Positions 13,030-15,258 of a stretch of 15,258 nucleotides of DNA are shown here, piece after piece; the first letter of the stretch is position 1; the number at the start of each line of letters is the position of its first letter. The position numbers and the translations under genes were made by a program. The stretch comes from Deltaproteobacteria bacterium (GTDB lineage Bacteria; Myxococcota_A; Polyangia; Fen-1088). The notes beneath the pieces were generated by a model that was not told where the DNA came from, searched no databases, and saw only the letters and a list, made by a program, of their open reading frames with translations. The stretch is taken from the NCBI GenBank assembly GCA_033763315.1, contig JANRKS010000025.1, forward strand, positions 1 to 15,258, read 5' to 3'.

Positions 13030-13731
13030 ATGAACCCAACTACAACCACAATGATCTTTGGCTGGCCCAGTATCGCCAAGACCCTGGGGCTTTCGGTCCG
13101 TCGGGCGCGCGAGATCGTCAGTGCGCGCGGCCTTATTGCCGAACGGCGCAACGACGGCGCCGTTGGCGTGCCTGCGCAAGCATTGCGCGCATTGGCAGAA
13201 GAGCTGGGTGACTGCCGTCGCGAAGATGGGGCTGTGATCGAAGGCGTTGCCGAGCCCCATCCTGAACATACGCCGACCTTGGAGGGCGATTTAGAACCGT
13301 CAGCCGAAGTTAGCCCACCAGCACTTGATGCCCGGTTGGCCAACGGAGGGTGTGACATTGACGACGAGGGCGAACGTGCACGCGACTTGAGTGCAGAACT
13401 TGATCGCCAATACTTGCTTATGGAACAGCTTGACGTTCGCATCCAAGGTGTTGCTCAACACAGTTCCACCGTGACAGCACGTGTAAATCAAACGGAGTCG
13501 CTGCTGTGGCAACAAAAGCAAAGCGCCGCTCGCGATCGTCAGTGGTTATGGGCGCTGAAAGCCGAAGTGCAACAGTTGCGCCGGCAAGTTGAAGCCTTGG
13601 AAGGCGCGCTAAGAGCCATGCCGATGGCGTTGGTGTCCACGGGCCACAAATGCGGGGCGTGTGGTGCCAAAGCACTGATGAGCCCGGTGGGTTGTGGCGC
13701 TTGTGGCCTTGGTATCGGACCAGGTCGATAG
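13030..13731 (+). CDS. HTH (excisionase/MerR-like) / coiled-coil / C-terminal C4 zinc-finger protein
   Basis: N-terminal IFGWPSIAKTLGLSVRRAREIVSARGLIAERRNDG resembles GW-x-x-IA-x-x-LG-x-S-x-R winged HTHs. An acidic Pro-rich linker is followed by heptads LKAEVQQLRRQVEALEGAL and C-terminal CGACGAKALMSPVGCGACG. Start is probably ATG 13030 or 13051 rather than 12787. Confidence 0.75.
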   Translation: MNPTTTTMIFGWPSIAKTLGLSVRRAREIVSARGLIAERRNDGAVGVPAQALRALAEELGDCRREDGAVIEGVAEPHPEHTPTLEGDLEPSAEVSPPALDARLANGGCDIDDEGERARDLSAELDRQYLLMEQLDVRIQGVAQHSSTVTARVNQTESLLWQQKQSAARDRQWLWALKAEVQQLRRQVEALEGALRAMPMALVSTGHKCGACGAKALMSPVGCGACGLGIGPGR

Positions 13732-13749
13732 GCTCCTTCAGGATCTGAA

Positions 13750-14100
13750 CTACTTGCGGGCAGCCAACCGTTGAGCGACAAGCAGCAACGCTTTGACATC
13801 TGCGGCAGGCAGATTGAGCGCGATTTCTGCGAGGCGCTCCGCATCGTTAGCTGAACGCTTTTCGTCCGCTGTCAGGCGCGAGTCCGAAAACAGCTTCCAC
13901 ATCGGCTCGTCCAAAGCGCCGGCAATCCGCTCCAGCACTTCCAACCTTGCCTGGCGGGCGCCACCTTCGATCTTGACGAGGTAGCTCACTCCCAGTTCGG
14001 CGTGCTCTGCAAGCTGAAGCTGCGTCATGTCGTGCTGTAAGCGTAACTCCTGGATGCGCTTGCCAAGTCGCGTATTTAGGTTGGGTTTGGCCACTACCAC
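13750..14100 (-). CDS. XRE-family (Cro/CI-type HTH) transcriptional regulator with C-terminal helical extension
   Basis: LGKRIQELRLQHDMTQLQLAEHAELGVSYLVKIEGGARQARLEVLERIAGALD is a canonical HTH_3 pattern. Start is GTG 14100 or 14094. Confidence 0.93.
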   Translation of the reverse strand: MVVAKPNLNTRLGKRIQELRLQHDMTQLQLAEHAELGVSYLVKIEGGARQARLEVLERIAGALDEPMWKLFSDSRLTADEKRSANDAERLAEIALNLPAADVKALLLVAQRLAARK

Positions 14101-14148
14101 CTGGGTAACAAGTTGGCCCTGCTAGGGGAAGCGACTGCCTGGGTCATC

Positions 14149-14179
14149 TATTGCACTGCCAGTGCTATACGTGTATTCT
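14149..14179 (+). promoter_or_regulatory. Sigma70-like promoter overlapped by a palindromic operator
   Basis: TTGCAC (14151-14156)-N17-TATTCT (14174-14179). The dyad TATTGCACTG-C-CAGTGCTATA (14149-14169, 9/10 arm matches) covers the -35 box and most of the spacer. Confidence 0.62.
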
Positions 14180-14201
14180 TCGCGGCAAGGTGGAGGTGGC
14201 G

Positions 14202-14369
14202 ATGGAACGGGAGCAAGCGACCGCGGGCAAGTCGCAAAAACCTGACGATTTTCGCTTGAGGCAATGGATCGTTGCCATCGAAAGCGTGCTTGGCATCCGA
14301 TCAGAAGTCCTTGAGCATCTCTGCCAACGTGACCCCGAAGTCCTTGGCCAGGCGGACGAGGGTCGTTAG
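14202..14369 (+). CDS. Possible small protein (55 aa) divergent from the XRE gene
   Basis: AAGGTGGAGGTGG lies immediately upstream of ATG 14202, downstream of the predicted promoter. The last 69 nt overlap the 3' end of the second XRE gene in antisense, which lowers confidence. Confidence 0.38.
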   Translation: MEREQATAGKSQKPDDFRLRQWIVAIESVLGIRSEVLEHLCQRDPEVLGQADEGR

Positions 14370-14522
14370 TTTCGGGTCGATAACACCGCGTTCCAGTTTT
14401 TGGTAGTGGCTCAAATTCCACCCGTGGTCCCGAACCAGATCCATCTGCGATAGGCCCATTTCCGCCCTTAACGCGCGAAGGCGTTTGGCAAGGCGTTGTT
14501 CGATGGAGGGTTTGGGGGCCAT
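14301..14522 (-). CDS. Small single-domain XRE-family regulator (controller/C-protein-like, 73 aa)
   Basis: MAPKPSIEQRLAKRLRALRAEMGLSQMDLVRDHGWNLSHYQKLERGVIDPKLTTLVRLAKDFGVTLAEML is a canonical HTH_3 pattern. ATG 14522 preferred over GTG 14534. Confidence 0.92.
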   Translation of the reverse strand: MAPKPSIEQRLAKRLRALRAEMGLSQMDLVRDHGWNLSHYQKLERGVIDPKLTTLVRLAKDFGVTLAEMLKDF

Positions 14523-14547
14523 GTCGGCACCCACGAATCTGAAGAAT

Positions 14548-14570
14548 TACGTCACCCCGCCATACGTCAC
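14548..14570. promoter_or_regulatory. 8-bp direct repeat with 15-bp period upstream of the small XRE gene
   Basis: TACGTCAC at 14548-14555 and 14563-14570 (GTGACGTA twice on the minus strand), 25 nt before ATG 14522. Confidence 0.5.
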
Positions 14571-14610
14571 GCTTGAGGTAGGCAACAGAACGAGCAACAA
14601 TGCGTTCGGA

Positions 14611-15258
14611 ATGGCTTCTTGGTGTCTTGGGATTGGTTTCTTGGTAGTCACTTCGGGCTTGCTAGCGTTGCAGGGCATCAACGCTCTGGCCGATGAAACG
14701 CAGGTCGGTGCCAAGACGGCTGCTGCGGCGAGACCCGCGGATAAGGCCTCAGCGAAGGTGGCATTTGAGGCGGCCAAGAAGGCCTACGCTGAAAAGCGAT
14801 ATGCCGAGGCTGCTTCCTTGTTTTCCTACAGTTATGACCTCAGCGGCAATCCCGATCTGCTCTTCAACGTAGCGCAGGCATTGAGGCTCTCAGGCGATTT
14901 GAAGAAGGCCCTTGCAACGTATCGTTTGTTTCTGAAGGAGCGGCCCGATTCTGAGAATGCAAGGTTGGCCCAGATCAAGATTGACGAGATCGACATTGCG
15001 CTCTTGCCGGTGCCGTCAAGGAAGCGCGCTGCACGCGAAGATCAAGCGGCGTCGATACCAGTGCCAGCACTCGAAACACACTTGGTCTTTGAGGATCCTC
15101 CTGTCCAGCGCCAACGTACATTGCCCACGTGGGCACTCAAGGCCGGCGCGATCACTACCGGAACATTTGCATTTGCAGCCATTGCCACAGGCCTTTCGGC
15201 GAGCAGCAAATTTAGCGACCTCAAAGACTCATGTGGTCAAACACCACAGGGTTGTACT
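14611..15258 (+). CDS. Secreted TPR-repeat protein with C-terminal hydrophobic segment (partial, runs off window; absent from ORF track)
   Basis: The frame is open to the window end. Signal peptide MASWCLGIGFLVVTSGLLALQGINALA|DE, then TPR-like AKVAFEAAKKAYAEKRYAEAASLFSYSYDLSGNPDLLFNVAQALRLSGDLKKALATYRLFLKERPD, a Pro-rich linker, and WALKAGAITTGTFAFAAIATGLSA...CGQTPQGC. An upstream in-frame ATG exists at 14521. Confidence 0.87.
   Translation, partial: MASWCLGIGFLVVTSGLLALQGINALADETQVGAKTAAAARPADKASAKVAFEAAKKAYAEKRYAEAASLFSYSYDLSGNPDLLFNVAQALRLSGDLKKALATYRLFLKERPDSENARLAQIKIDEIDIALLPVPSRKRAAREDQAASIPVPALETHLVFEDPPVQRQRTLPTWALKAGAITTGTFAFAAIATGLSASSKFSDLKDSCGQTPQGCT

Larger units (their letters stand above)
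10503..14570. mobile_element. Probable decayed integrative element/prophage-like control region (boundaries uncertain)
   Basis: A serine-recombinase remnant, an excisionase-like HTH gene, two XRE regulators, small orphan ORFs and multiple operator-like repeats occur together. No att duplication or structural/transfer genes are seen. Confidence 0.45.

Noticed and set aside
12183-13442. 419-aa minus-strand ORF
   Set aside because: It is Ser/Arg/Pro-rich with no motifs and lies antisense to three more plausible + strand genes.
13737-13749. TTCAG-GAT-CTGAA hairpin between convergent genes as a terminator
   Set aside because: The stem is only 5 bp and AT-rich, with no U-tract on either strand.
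14520-14523. Shared CATG giving head-to-head starts for the small XRE gene and the TPR frame (ATG 14521)
   Set aside because: It is probably coincidental. ATG 14611 gives a normal-length signal peptide and leaves room for the upstream repeat and promoters.
14547-15224. Minus-strand track ORFs 14547..14777 and 15042..15224
   Set aside because: They are antisense shadows of the TPR gene.

Overview
GC-rich bacterial DNA. The secreted TPR protein and the lipoprotein-type leader suggest Myxococcota, which is an inference. The left two thirds hold one giant minus-strand ORF (10395 to beyond base 1, at least 3465 codons). The ORF track misses it because it has no stop codon inside the window, and the ORFs the track lists in 1-10250 are its shadows. 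My manual translation gives this order: lipoprotein-like signal, a Cys-bracketed ~90-aa domain, a stalk of 11 PKD/K319L-like Ig repeats, 2 Calx-beta domains and 1 FN3-like domain, then a linker Ig domain, a DUF6531-like segment and RHS/YD repeats. The RHS core end and any toxin tip lie outside the window. Three stalk domains are split by inserted passenger domains: a 6-blade Kelch propeller, a GATase-like alpha/beta domain and a galactose-binding/FBA-like jelly roll. The right third looks like a decayed integrative-element control region. It has several operator-like repeat arrays, a frameshifted large serine recombinase remnant, hypothetical genes, an HTH/coiled-coil/Zn-finger protein, two XRE regulators and a sigma70-like promoter overlapped by a palindrome. 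A partial secreted TPR protein gene follows. All domain calls come from motif recognition by eye, not database searches.
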